A stretch of 58,656 nt of DNA from a virus (Duplodnaviria > Caudoviricetes): positions 1-58,656 of IMG/VR virus record IMGVR_UViG_3300033475_000026; one strand, given 5' to 3'. The translations under genes were made by a program, and so were the position numbers. The notes beneath the pieces are model-generated. The model saw nothing but the letters and a program-made list of their open reading frames with translations. It was not told the origin of the DNA and ran no database searches. This document shows, piece after piece, positions 34,343 through 44,317 of the stretch. Every line of letters starts with the position of its first letter. The stretch's first letter is position 1.

Positions 34343-35901
34343 TGGCTGAGATCAACAACGCCATCGCCCTGCAAGCCGCTCCGGGCGCTTATGATCCCCT
34401 GGCGACCGTCGGGAAGATTTCCGGCGTCCAGGCCCAGCTTCTCCAGAACAAACTGCTCCAGCAGCAGTACGGCAGCAAGATCAGTGGGGGCCGGGCGCTG
34501 GGAGCGTCGATCGACCCCGCCACGGGCCTTCCCGATCAGGCCAAGGTCGGCCAGTATTACGTCGACCATCCCGACGAGGCACAATACGGGGCCGAAGCCC
34601 TGTCCCAGGCCCAGCAGCTCCACAGCGGCCAGCTTGGCAACCAGAAGACCCAGACCGAACTCAGCGCCGAACAGCTCAAACTCTCCCAGCAGCGCTGGGG
34701 CGTGGCGAGCGGTGTCATGGATGGGCTGCTTTCCAAGCAGGGTCCGGTGACGCCGGATGACGTGATCGCAGCGGTCAAGACCCAGATGATCCCGCTGGGC
34801 CATTTCAACGACAAGGACAGCATCGGCCAGGTCGTCAGTTTCGTCCAAGGCCTGCCGCCGTCCACCGGAAATCCCGTCGCCGACGACAAGGCGACGCGGG
34901 CCTACCTCCAGCAATGGTCTCTCCAGGCGAACAACGCCCTGGAACATGTCAACATGTTGCTGGGCGCGCCGTCCAATGTGGACACCGGCGGTCGCATCGT
35001 CAGCCAACAGGTGAGCCCACTCACCGGAACCCAGCGCATCAACGGCGCGCTCGACAAGAGCCTGACGCCCGAGGCCGGGGCGGAATTGATCGACGTGGTC
35101 GGAGCCGATGGCGCGCACTACAAGGTCCCGAAGGCGTCGCTTCTGGGTGGGTCTGCCCCCAGTGGCGCCATGCCTGCGGCAGGAGGGGGCGATGGCCGCT
35201 ATCCAGGCTCCCGCGCGGCGGCCTCTCAAGGCGTCCCAGGTGCGGTCGGCATGGGTTCGTTGCCTCCGGGCGCCGACAAGGCCATGGCGGACAGCTATCA
35301 GGCCTTCCAGGCCGATCAGCAGGCGGTTCCCGATCTGCGCAAGGTGCTGACCACCTTCGACCAGGCCTTTGACGCGATCAAGAAGGCCAAGACCGGCCCA
35401 GGTTCTGAAACCCTCCAGAACCTGCGCGGCATCGCCGACACCTATGGCATTCCGCTTCCAGCGGGGATCGGCTCGAAAGACCAGACCGTCGCCTATGCCG
35501 AGGCCAACAAGTGGATGACCACGGCGCTGACCTCGGAAGCCAAGCGGCTCGGACTGGGAACCGATCAGGCCCGCGCGCTGCAACAGGAAGCCCAGCCTGG
35601 GGTCCATACGGTGCATGACGCCGCCGTGGCGATGATCCCGGTCCTGAAGGGGCTGAAATCGATGGACGTCGCTGCTCCGTTGCTTGCCCAGAAGGAGGGG
35701 GTCTCGCCGCAGCAATACGTCCAGTGGCGCGCGAACTGGGCGAACAGCGTCGACCCGCTGGCGTTCGGAGCCGACCTTATGCCCGCTGCCCAGCGCAAAG
35801 CCATGATCGACAAGATGAAGCCCGACCAGAAGGCCCGCTACGTGAAGGGTATCAAGTCGGCGGTCAATGCCGGCCTCTTCACCTATGACGATCTGAGGTA
35901 G
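34342..35901 (+). CDS. DNA ejection protein (gp20-like)
   Basis: Gln/Ala-rich, in the position between gp7-like and gp16-like genes. Confidence 0.7.
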   Translation: MAEINNAIALQAAPGAYDPLATVGKISGVQAQLLQNKLLQQQYGSKISGGRALGASIDPATGLPDQAKVGQYYVDHPDEAQYGAEALSQAQQLHSGQLGNQKTQTELSAEQLKLSQQRWGVASGVMDGLLSKQGPVTPDDVIAAVKTQMIPLGHFNDKDSIGQVVSFVQGLPPSTGNPVADDKATRAYLQQWSLQANNALEHVNMLLGAPSNVDTGGRIVSQQVSPLTGTQRINGALDKSLTPEAGAELIDVVGADGAHYKVPKASLLGGSAPSGAMPAAGGGDGRYPGSRAAASQGVPGAVGMGSLPPGADKAMADSYQAFQADQQAVPDLRKVLTTFDQAFDAIKKAKTGPGSETLQNLRGIADTYGIPLPAGIGSKDQTVAYAEANKWMTTALTSEAKRLGLGTDQARALQQEAQPGVHTVHDAAVAMIPVLKGLKSMDVAAPLLAQKEGVSPQQYVQWRANWANSVDPLAFGADLMPAAQRKAMIDKMKPDQKARYVKGIKSAVNAGLFTYDDLR

Positions 35902-35905
35902 GCTC

Positions 35906-38900
35906 GTGCCCGTCTCGGATTTCTCGGACCTGTTCGAAGCCAAGGGGCGGCAATACAACGTCGATCCGGCTCTGCTGGCGACCGTCGCCCAGCAGGAAAG
36001 CAGCGGCAACCCCAAGGCGCTAGGTCCGGAAACCAAGTCCGGTCGCGCCAAGGGCCTGATGCAGATCGTGGACCACACCGCGGCCAAGCTCGGTATCGAC
36101 CCCTACGACCCGGCCCAGGCGATCGACGGTGGCGCGCGACTGCTTGCCCAGCACCTCGACAAGTTCGGCAATGTCGGTGACGCGCTGGCGGCCTACTACG
36201 GCGGTCCCGATCCGCAACTCTGGGGACCGAAGACTCGCAAGTACCGTGAGACGGTGCTGGCGAAGTATCAGGGCAGCTCTCCGGCGGCTTCCAGCGCCCC
36301 CGTAGCTTCGTCCGAACCCAGCGACGCCGAGGTGTTGGCGCTGGCCTCCGGCGCTCCCGCCACGAAAAGCCCTCCTGCGACCTCGGAAGCCGCTCCAGCT
36401 CCAGCCGATGCGCCCGCGCCGACAGCCGAACCCACGGATGAGGATATCCTGAAGATGGCCTCCGGCGAGCCCATCGCCGGAGCTAAGAACTATCGCTACC
36501 AGGAGTCCTTCAAGCGCATCAACGACCTCCAGCAGCCGACCGTCGAGGCGATGGTCAAGGGCCGGCAATGGGACAATTCCGCGCCGGAAGGGTCCCAGAA
36601 GCATCCCTACATGATGGCCCACGGCCAGACGGAGGAGAATGTCCCCGAGGGCGCGTTCTACATCGATCTCGGCGGCAAACTGTCCCGGCGTCCCATGCCG
36701 GGAGACACGAGCGATCTTCCGAAAGGCTTCGGGCAAGGCTTGAGCGACGTGATGCTGAGCGCAGGCCGCTTCGCGCCTGGCTCGCAGGATTCCGAAATTC
36801 TCCAATCTCTCGTCGCCCGGCAGATGGGCTATGACGCCCAGTACAAGGGTGACATCCCCACGGGGCTCGCGCGGTTCGGCGGCCAGATGACCGCGACCCT
36901 TCCGGCGATGGCCGGGGGTGAGGCCGCAGTCGCGCCAATTTTGGGCCGCGCCGGGGCCGTGGGTGAGTTTCTGGCGGGGAAGGCCGGACAAGCCGCGTTG
37001 CCCGAGGGGGCCGGGATCGTCTCCAAGCTGCTGAACACCGGCCTCAAGACGGGCTCCAAGGCGGCGCTGGGCGCGCGTGAGGGCGCACTTGCCTCTGGTC
37101 TCGTCTCCTCGGCCGGCGAAGGCCCCGCGGGCGAACAGATGAAGACCGGAGCGCTTTTGGGTGCTGGCCTGGGCGTTGGGCTGCCCCTTGTGTCTAGGGC
37201 TGGTCGCTGGACTGGGGAGACGGCGCGCGATCTAGTGCAGCCGCTTACAACAGCGGGCCGCGAACAGATCGCCAATCGGATGATTGGCAAGTTCGCCGAA
37301 GGTAGCCCTATCGCGACCGACGCCGGTGAGATCATTCCAGGCTCTGTCCCAACGCTTGCACAGGCGACCGCCAATCCCGGCATCGCCACGCTAGAGCGCA
37401 CGGTGCGGCTCTCTCGCCCAACGCCTTTCGCAGAACGTGCGGCGCAGAACAACGAAGCCCGCGCCGTCGCTCTGGATGCCGCTCGGGGCGATCCCAACAC
37501 TGTCGCCGATCTTGTGGCGAGCCGAGACGCCGCTGTGAGTGCGGCGCGGCAACAGGCGTTCGATGGGGCCCAGACCGTCAATAGCGGATCGCTCGTTGGG
37601 ACAATCGACAGGGCGCTTGAGGCACCCGCAGCCCACATGGAGGCTGTCGCAAAGCCCCTCCAGCAACTCCGCGACAAGATCGTCCAGCCCGTGGCCGAGA
37701 CCACGCCGGAGCAGACCGCGCAATTCAACCGGCGTGTATCACAGACCTTCGGGGCCAATGCGCCGGCGCTAACGCCTGAAGTCATGCAAGCGGCGCGCAC
37801 AAGACTGGGCGAGCAGTTCGAGCGCATTGCGGGCGCTACCCACGTTCCGTGGGACGACACGCTGCGCAAGAACATCGGACAGGTGATCGCGGACACCGCT
37901 CAGGTCGTTCCCGAGAGTCAGCTTCCGCCGCTATTCAAACAGCTGGACAACATCGTCAGCACGGCGAATGACGGCAAAACCATTTCCGGGGCCTCCTATC
38001 AGGCCCTGACCCGTAAGGGCTCGCCCCTCGATAGCCTGATGAAGTCGGGTGATCCGACGATCCGCCAGGCCGCAGGGGCTATCCGAGAAGCACTGGATGA
38101 TGCCCTGGAGCGGCGCTTGGGAGCTGAGGGTACGGGAGCGACGAACACTCTCGCTGAACTTCGAAACGCTCGCCTTCAGTACAAGAATCTCAAGACGGTT
38201 GAGGCCGCGCTGCGCTCGGCGGGGCCTGATCACCAAGTCACACCCCAGGCCGTGCTTTCCGCCGTCAAGCGCAATTTCGGAAATTACGCATATCAGGGTG
38301 GCGGCGGCCTTGGAGATGTCGCTGAGGCGGCGGTGCGCGAAATATCGAGCCGCACCCCGCAGGTGGAGGGCCGCGCTGATCAGGTGTTCGGAATGCGCCA
38401 GTCCCTGGATTCCGCAATCCAGAAACTGAGCAAGGGTGAAACCGACGCCGACCAGCAAGCCGCCCAGCATCTGATGACGGTTCGCGATGCGCTGGATGCG
38501 GAGATCGATCGCGCCGCGCCAGGATATGCGCAATACCTCGAAACGACCCACAGCACCGCCGAGCCCATCGCGGCCCAACGATTCCTCCAGACCCTGCGTC
38601 TGACGGACGCCAAGGGCTCTGTTACGCTTGGCCGTTTGGATAGCGCCATGAAGCGCATCGCCGACATGCGCGCCAAGCCGGGCGCCAATCCTGCCAAGTC
38701 GATAACCCAGGAGACGCTGGACCAGCTCGAACGCCTCCATGCCGATCTGGTGCGCGAAAGCAATTCCGGGCTTGGGCGTCCCATCGGATCTGATACTGCG
38801 CAGCATCTGGCGACGGGGAACATCGGAAGCAAAATGGGCGTCCCTCTGGCCTTGGGTGCGGGCGCACTGATGCACAATCCCGTTGCCGCCGCCGCGATCG

Positions 38901-39106
38901 GAGCAGGTAAGCTCTTCTATGGCATGAAGAATGAGCAGATCACCGATGCGCTCGCGACAAAGCTACTTCAGCCGGAAGCGGGGATGCTGAACGTGACGCC
39001 GAAGAAGCCGGGGATTACGGCGCTTGTGGGACGCGGTTCTGTCCGGGCGGCCCCAATAGTTGCTGGGGCGCTCAATAGTCGAATGGTCGGATCGAACCGT
39101 GAATAA
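35906..39106 (+). CDS. DNA ejection protein (gp16-like) with N-terminal lytic transglycosylase (SLT) domain
   Basis: YNVDPALL..VAQQESSGNP.A......AKGLMQI...ALAAYYGG. Confidence 0.85.
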   Translation: MPVSDFSDLFEAKGRQYNVDPALLATVAQQESSGNPKALGPETKSGRAKGLMQIVDHTAAKLGIDPYDPAQAIDGGARLLAQHLDKFGNVGDALAAYYGGPDPQLWGPKTRKYRETVLAKYQGSSPAASSAPVASSEPSDAEVLALASGAPATKSPPATSEAAPAPADAPAPTAEPTDEDILKMASGEPIAGAKNYRYQESFKRINDLQQPTVEAMVKGRQWDNSAPEGSQKHPYMMAHGQTEENVPEGAFYIDLGGKLSRRPMPGDTSDLPKGFGQGLSDVMLSAGRFAPGSQDSEILQSLVARQMGYDAQYKGDIPTGLARFGGQMTATLPAMAGGEAAVAPILGRAGAVGEFLAGKAGQAALPEGAGIVSKLLNTGLKTGSKAALGAREGALASGLVSSAGEGPAGEQMKTGALLGAGLGVGLPLVSRAGRWTGETARDLVQPLTTAGREQIANRMIGKFAEGSPIATDAGEIIPGSVPTLAQATANPGIATLERTVRLSRPTPFAERAAQNNEARAVALDAARGDPNTVADLVASRDAAVSAARQQAFDGAQTVNSGSLVGTIDRALEAPAAHMEAVAKPLQQLRDKIVQPVAETTPEQTAQFNRRVSQTFGANAPALTPEVMQAARTRLGEQFERIAGATHVPWDDTLRKNIGQVIADTAQVVPESQLPPLFKQLDNIVSTANDGKTISGASYQALTRKGSPLDSLMKSGDPTIRQAAGAIREALDDALERRLGAEGTGATNTLAELRNARLQYKNLKTVEAALRSAGPDHQVTPQAVLSAVKRNFGNYAYQGGGGLGDVAEAAVREISSRTPQVEGRADQVFGMRQSLDSAIQKLSKGETDADQQAAQHLMTVRDALDAEIDRAAPGYAQYLETTHSTAEPIAAQRFLQTLRLTDAKGSVTLGRLDSAMKRIADMRAKPGANPAKSITQETLDQLERLHADLVRESNSGLGRPIGSDTAQHLATGNIGSKMGVPLALGAGALMHNPVAAAAIGAGKLFYGMKNEQITDALATKLLQPEAGMLNVTPKKPGITALVGRGSVRAAPIVAGALNSRMVGSNRE

Positions 39107-39264
39107 ACCCCCTAGAAAACTCCGCACAAAGGCGACCGCTAGAATGACGGCGACGATCCATCCGCGATGGTCCGGATTCATGCCGTTTGCGCCTGCGAGA
39201 CGTGGATACCCAGAAGGGTCATGCGCGGAAAAGTCCGTTCGCCCGAAGGCGGGAGGCCGATAGT

Positions 39265-40386
39265 ATGGCATATCTGCGCAGCCCGACAATCACCTACACC
39301 ACCCAGAACACCGCGCCGTTCAATCTCTATACGGCGCAGGGACAGTTCGACATCACCATTCCGGCGGACTGGGATAACACAGTCTTCTCGCCGACCCTCG
39401 ACATCAATGTGGTGGGCGGCATCGTCTGCCCCGGCGATCCTCCGCTTGGCCTGAACATGCTGGTCAAGTTCGAGTTCGCGACCGTCGATGGCGGCTCGAT
39501 CATCACGGCGGCCACGAGCCCGGACGGGTTCAGCTATCTTCCCGGCGCGGTGACCAATGTCTGGGGCACCGCCTCCTCCTCTCCCATCACCACGGCGGGG
39601 CTGGACCAGACCTTCAGCACGATCAGCATCTCGCCCAACGAGATCAGCGGCGGCAATGATGTCCTGATCGACGGGACGGCCTATGGGTTCCCGGGGGATG
39701 GCTTCGGAACCGGATTCGCTCCGGTTCCGAGCGCGATCCAGGGGCCGATCGGGTGGGTCCCGAACATCTACCAGACGAACGCCGACGCGGGCGTCAAACT
39801 GGTCGCCGGCCAGACCGCGACCCTGGGGGTGACGATCTATTTCACGATCGACGACAACACCTTTCCGGATCGGGAAGCCTACGGCGCCATCCAGTCGATC
39901 TCCTATACCTACAACGGTACGACGGTCTCGGTTCCGATCACGAGCGTTTATGTCGGGTTCGGAGGTGGCGGCCCGGTGCTGCCTTATCCCCCCGCCGAAT
40001 ACGACAACACGCCGATCGACTTCAATCCGCTGCGCCTGGTGGAGGCGACCGTTCCGCCCATCGCCTATTCGGGGCAGGATCTCTTTCTGGAGGGAGTTGT
40101 TGAGACCATGGTGTATTTCGTCCCCCCCGGTAAGCAGACCTTCATCGACCCGGCGACTGGCGATGTGGCCGCGCTGGGCACAGTCGGCATGTACCAACCC
40201 GACCTGACCGATGATCCGCCGATCGCCAAGGATAGCTGGTCCAACGAGGCGGCGACGGAGCTGAACACCGTTCCCATCCAACTTGACGGGGGCGGCCAGT
40301 GCATCATCTGGGGCAGCGGCCTCTATCGGCAGATTTTCAAGCTCGCGGACGGTTCGACCGTCTGGGACAAGATCACCGGGGGCTAG
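39265..40386 (+). CDS. Virion protein with a C-terminal tailspike head-binding-like domain
   Basis: GGAGG RBS; C-terminal QTFIDP...LNTVPIQLDGGGQCIIWGSGLYRQIFK..DGSTVWD. Confidence 0.65.
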   Translation: MAYLRSPTITYTTQNTAPFNLYTAQGQFDITIPADWDNTVFSPTLDINVVGGIVCPGDPPLGLNMLVKFEFATVDGGSIITAATSPDGFSYLPGAVTNVWGTASSSPITTAGLDQTFSTISISPNEISGGNDVLIDGTAYGFPGDGFGTGFAPVPSAIQGPIGWVPNIYQTNADAGVKLVAGQTATLGVTIYFTIDDNTFPDREAYGAIQSISYTYNGTTVSVPITSVYVGFGGGGPVLPYPPAEYDNTPIDFNPLRLVEATVPPIAYSGQDLFLEGVVETMVYFVPPGKQTFIDPATGDVAALGTVGMYQPDLTDDPPIAKDSWSNEAATELNTVPIQLDGGGQCIIWGSGLYRQIFKLADGSTVWDKITGG

Positions 40387-40671
40387 ATGGCGACCTTCAT
40401 CTATTCCGGACTCCAAACCTTCATGGACCCCCTGACCGGGAACGTGCTCGCGGACGGGACCGTGGAACTCTACGTGCCTTGGACCTTCACCGACAAGGCG
40501 ACCTATACCGAGCCTACGGGCCTGAACCTGAACGTCAATCCGATCCAACTCGACGCCAACGGCCAGTGCAGTATCTGGGGAACCGGTCTCTACCGCCAGA
40601 TCGTCAAGCGCTCGGACGGAACCCAGCTCTGGGACCGGGTGACCAAGGTCACGCCGACCATACGACCCTAG
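40387..40671 (+). CDS. Stand-alone tailspike head-binding-like domain protein
   Basis: Paralog of the preceding C-terminus: LNVNPIQLDANGQCSIWGTGLYRQIVK.SDGTQLWD. Confidence 0.7.
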   Translation: MATFIYSGLQTFMDPLTGNVLADGTVELYVPWTFTDKATYTEPTGLNLNVNPIQLDANGQCSIWGTGLYRQIVKRSDGTQLWDRVTKVTPTIRP

Positions 40672-40680
40672 GAGAACATC

Positions 40681-40884
40681 ATGTCCGACCTGACCAATGA
40701 ACAACTCGGCGAGCGCATCGCTGCGGACCTCAACGAGGCCGAGGCGCGGATGGAGGCGGCGGATGTGCCGGCGCGCCTTCAGCGGCGCTTCAAGGCCGGT
40801 CATGCGCTGATCTCGGATGTATCCGAGGATCTGATCGGAAGCGGCCAGGTGCAGCCGTTCAGCGGCGGCGAGCCCAAGCCCTGA
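40681..40884 (+). CDS. Small protein ending QPFSGGEPKP
   Basis: AGGAGA RBS. Confidence 0.7.
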   Translation: MSDLTNEQLGERIAADLNEAEARMEAADVPARLQRRFKAGHALISDVSEDLIGSGQVQPFSGGEPKP

Positions 40885-40886
40885 TC

Positions 40887-41402
40887 ATGCTAGACGACCT
40901 GATCCGAAATTTCCCATGGCAGTGGGCCTTTCCGGTCCTCGTGATGATCCCGTTGCTTCTGAACGGCATCGCCAGCCGCTTCGACTTCAAGGGGTTCGTC
41001 GACGCCTTCGGGATTTCGGTGATGATCGTCCTGATCTGGGTGATCACCAATATCATGGCGGTGCTCTTCGATCCTCCGACCTCGAAAACACTGCATTGGC
41101 TGGTCGATTTCGTGGGCCTGAGCGTCTGCATGATCTCCTGGCGCACCCATCGAGAGGCCTGGAAGCTCATCCTTGCGGGGCTCTATCTCACTCAGCTTGG
41201 GCTACATGCGGCGTTTTGGACCGAATGGGAGACTCAACCCCACGGAAACATGTTGTACAACTACATCCTGTGCTTGAATATCACCTGGCTACTCCAGTTG
41301 GTGGTCAACGCGTGGCCTGGGGGACGACATGTGGCTGGCCGGCTTCTCGCTTGGGGCTTTTCTGGCCGGAGCCTGGATCATCGTAAAGGCCATGCGCGGT
41401 GA
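40887..41402 (+). CDS. Multi-pass (about 5 TM) membrane protein
   Basis: Alternating hydrophobic helices. Confidence 0.7.
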   Translation: MLDDLIRNFPWQWAFPVLVMIPLLLNGIASRFDFKGFVDAFGISVMIVLIWVITNIMAVLFDPPTSKTLHWLVDFVGLSVCMISWRTHREAWKLILAGLYLTQLGLHAAFWTEWETQPHGNMLYNYILCLNITWLLQLVVNAWPGGRHVAGRLLAWGFSGRSLDHRKGHAR

Positions 41403-41572
41403 TGACGCCAAGCGAGGTCGCAACCTGGATCGAGTACGTCGGGAAACCGGCGGTGAGAGACGTTGACGGCCTCAAGCGTGCGATGTGGATCATGTTCGGG
41501 GGAGGAACGGGCATCGGGACCGTTCTAGGCCTTCTGGCGCCGTTCCTGCTCAAGAAGCTCGGTTTAGCATGA
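41402..41572 (+). CDS. Small C-terminal-TM protein (lysis-associated)
   Basis: Translated by hand: MTPSEVATW...IGTVLGLLAPFLLKKLGLA*. Confidence 0.55.
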   Translation: MTPSEVATWIEYVGKPAVRDVDGLKRAMWIMFGGGTGIGTVLGLLAPFLLKKLGLA

Positions 41573-41893
41573 ATGGCCTTCGAACCAGCCCTGATCACGG
41601 TCGGCGCTTCGATAGCCTCGGGCATTCTGGGTTCCGTCGCCACGATCCTCGTCTCCAAGATCACCGCGGGTCCAGCGCAGGAAGAGGCGCTGACCAAGCG
41701 GTTCATGGCGCTGATCGAGGCGCAGGACAGGAAGATCGCCAAGCTGGAACGCAACCTGGCCGACTTGGAGGTGAAGATCATCCGAGACGACGCCTGGGCC
41801 GAGGCGGCGCAGGTCCTGGCCGCTCGCCGTCATGTCGAGCTGCCGCCCAGACCGAAGTTCTCGCACTTCAACGGGGGGAGCGATAGCGCATGA
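41573..41893 (+). CDS. Holin/antiholin-like protein (N-terminal TM plus coiled coil)
   Basis: Hydrophobic N-terminus; position in the lysis cassette. Confidence 0.55.
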   Translation: MAFEPALITVGASIASGILGSVATILVSKITAGPAQEEALTKRFMALIEAQDRKIAKLERNLADLEVKIIRDDAWAEAAQVLAARRHVELPPRPKFSHFNGGSDSA

Positions 41894-42300
41894 CCGATCC
41901 ATCCACCATCCGCACGGTCGAGTACGGAGACGCGTCGGACCTGCCGGAGATCAACTGGCTGTGGCGCCGGGTCTTCATCTTCCTGCTCACGGTCTGGTGT
42001 GCATTCCATCTGTGGCTGACCGTCCGGCGCATAGACGACATCGGAACGCTGCGGGAGGTTGTGCGGGGCGACCAACTGCTGATCGCTCTCCTGGCCCTGC
42101 TGTACATCGCGGGGGCCTCTACGGAGGCCATCACGCGGCTTGTCGGGGCGGTGCGGACATCTCGGAAGGAAACCATCGCCGAGGCCTCTCCGCCGACATC
42201 CATAGCCTCGCACGGCACGACCATCACATCAACGCCCGCTCCGACGCCAGCCCCGCCGCCGGTCCTTCCTGACCGTCCGCCATGGGAGCGCCACGCATGA
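41890..42300 (+). CDS. Putative holin (2 TM)
   Basis: WLWRRVFIFLL...LIALLALLYIAG; immediately before the endolysin. Confidence 0.6.
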   Translation: MTDPSTIRTVEYGDASDLPEINWLWRRVFIFLLTVWCAFHLWLTVRRIDDIGTLREVVRGDQLLIALLALLYIAGASTEAITRLVGAVRTSRKETIAEASPPTSIASHGTTITSTPAPTPAPPPVLPDRPPWERHA

Positions 42301-42917
42301 GCCTGATGACCCTGCGCGACGATCTCCGCGCCTTGATCGCCAAGGTCGAGGCGGAACTTGCCGAAACACCCCCGCCCGCGCCTCCGGTCCTGCCGCCCAA
42401 CGCAGGGCAATTGGCCTGGGGGGGCAAGGTCTCGTCGGTGTTCCGCGACCGCGTGCGCTGGATCGGGGAGGATCTGAATTTCGACCCCAACTGGCTCATG
42501 GCCTGCATGGCGTTCGAAACTGGCCGTCGCTTCACGGCGGACGTTCATAACCCCAGCTCCAGTGCGACGGGTCTGATCCAGTTCATGAATGCTACGGCAG
42601 CGGAACTCGGGACCACGACGATGGCGCTCGCGGCGATGACGCCTGAAGACCAGCTCAATTATGTTTGGCGCTACTTTCACAACCGCATCAAGGCCAAGGG
42701 GCCGATCCAGCGCCTGGCAGACTGCTACATGGCGATCCTGAACCCGGCGGCTATGGGGTTGCCGGACGGCTCGGTCATGTGGGTCCAGGGCTCCAGCCAG
42801 TACGGCGTGAATGCAGGTCTGGACGCCAATCATGACCACCAGATCACCAAGGCGGAGGCCGCGGCGCGCGTGGCCGCGATGCTAGCCGAGGGCCTGCAAG
42901 CGGGGAACGTCGGATGA
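42297..42917 (+). CDS. Endolysin (lysozyme-like/transglycosylase fold)
   Basis: WLMACMAFETG..F...N..S.ATGLIQFM...QL.YV..YF...N.GLD.N.D..IT..E. Confidence 0.88.
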   Translation: MSLMTLRDDLRALIAKVEAELAETPPPAPPVLPPNAGQLAWGGKVSSVFRDRVRWIGEDLNFDPNWLMACMAFETGRRFTADVHNPSSSATGLIQFMNATAAELGTTTMALAAMTPEDQLNYVWRYFHNRIKAKGPIQRLADCYMAILNPAAMGLPDGSVMWVQGSSQYGVNAGLDANHDHQITKAEAAARVAAMLAEGLQAGNVG

Positions 42918-43342
42918 TCTGGGCGACCGCAATGTCCGCGCTTGGCTTCTTCCGCTCCAAGGCCGGGGTCTATGTCCTGATCGGGATCGCCGTCCTGGGT
43001 GGTCTTTGGACCATCCACCATTTGGGGTATAACGCCGGGACAAAGCACGAACATACGGTGATGCAGAAGCGGCTGGACGGCGTGCAGCACAACTACGACA
43101 CCTGCAAAGCCAACGGTCTGAAGCTACAGACCGCGATAGACCGCCAGAACGCGGCGCTGACAGCGATCCAGCAGGAAGCCGACCGCAAGCTCGCCGAAAC
43201 CTCCAAGGCCCTCCAGCAGGCCCAGAGGAGCCGCTCAGCAGCCGAGAAGTCCGCCGCAGCGCTGCTGGTCTTCAAGCCCACCGGCAAGACCGCTGGGGAT
43301 AGATGCCTAGATGTCTACGCCAAATCTCTCGATGGAAATTAG
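42914..43342 (+). CDS. Inner-membrane spanin (Rz-like)
   Basis: N-terminal TM, coiled coil, C-terminal Cys. Confidence 0.75.
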   Translation: MIWATAMSALGFFRSKAGVYVLIGIAVLGGLWTIHHLGYNAGTKHEHTVMQKRLDGVQHNYDTCKANGLKLQTAIDRQNAALTAIQQEADRKLAETSKALQQAQRSRSAAEKSAAALLVFKPTGKTAGDRCLDVYAKSLDGN

Positions 43343-44016
43343 ACGTGCCGCCACGTGCCGCCAACACAAGCGTATCGCACTGTCGCGTGGTGAACGCCTA
43401 TAATTTTGCCGATCCTGTTATAGGAGCAGCCCTCCTTACGGAGGGCGCGCGCCCTCCTCACCAGCTCCTCGGTGAGGACACTGTTTGGTCGAGCCGACCC
43501 CTTCTCAGGTCCCGTATGAATGGGGGCCGTCTCCACATGCGTCCAGGTCCGCCCGCTTCGCGCCAAACTCACCGTTCCGGGCGACAGGCCCAATTGTCGG
43601 GCCAAGCAAGCCGCCGAAAGCGGGCTCGTGCGGATCATGCGAACGACGTTTTCGGTCAGCTTCGAGTTGGTGTGCCTAGAGCCAATACCACGGCGCCCTT
43701 TGCGGAAAGCATCGGCGTTGTTCTCGGCCGCGGTCCCCCGGGAGAGATGTGCCGGGTTCACGCAGGCTGGCGTGTCGCAGCGGTGGCAGATCACAAGGCC
43801 TGGGCCAATTGGCCCGTGGAACTGTTCATAGTAGAACCTATGAGCCGATTTGGTTTTCCCATCAACGGTGAGTTTTCCATAGCCGTTATGGGAAATTGCT
43901 CCAGTCCAAAGCCAGCATCCAGTGTTCAACTCCGGCTCATACCAAGCAAGCTTGTCTTCGGGTCGGCATGGTCTGCGCCGTGAAATCTGAGAGTGGTGCT
44001 CATAGGGGTTAAGCAT
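43339..44016 (-). CDS. HNH homing endonuclease with two C-terminal HTH repeats (start uncertain, possibly 44073)
   Basis: GCWLWTG...GYG...AHR..YE...GPI..GL.ICHRCDTPACVNPAHL..GT..EN..D. Confidence 0.9.
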   Translation of the reverse strand: MLNPYEHHSQISRRRPCRPEDKLAWYEPELNTGCWLWTGAISHNGYGKLTVDGKTKSAHRFYYEQFHGPIGPGLVICHRCDTPACVNPAHLSRGTAAENNADAFRKGRRGIGSRHTNSKLTENVVRMIRTSPLSAACLARQLGLSPGTVSLARSGRTWTHVETAPIHTGPEKGSARPNSVLTEELVRRARALRKEGCSYNRIGKIIGVHHATVRYACVGGTWRHV

Positions 44017-44317
44017 GTCTAGAAGATACATCTCGGGCAGTTGGCTTACAAAAGCTTTCTGCTGGTTTTCCATTGTGTTTCTAGTATCTTGCGGGAGCGT
44101 TACCCGAGAGCCTCGTATTGAAATTCGAGAGGTGAAAATTCCAATTCGGGCGCCGTGTGTTCCCCCTTCTCTCGGGGCCAAGCCCACTTATCCCGATGAT
44201 GTTGCCGACTTGAAAAGTCTTGCTCCAGAAAACGGGCTCGCGGCCCTTTTGGCGTCGAATAAACTGCGGCGGCAGCGCCTGGCCGAGGTCGAGCCGGTCA
44301 TCTCGGCCTGCCGCTGA
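44015..44317 (+). CDS. Outer-membrane lipoprotein spanin (Rz1-like)
   Basis: Lipobox LVSC, EVKIPI..PC, terminal ACR. Confidence 0.75.
   Translation: MSRRYISGSWLTKAFCWFSIVFLVSCGSVTREPRIEIREVKIPIRAPCVPPSLGAKPTYPDDVADLKSLAPENGLAALLASNKLRRQRLAEVEPVISACR

Noticed and set aside
38963-39289. Antisense membrane peptide (MNPDHRGWIVAVILAVAF...)
   Set aside because: Overlaps the gp16-like 3' end by about 140 nt and lacks a clear RBS; possible but unsupported
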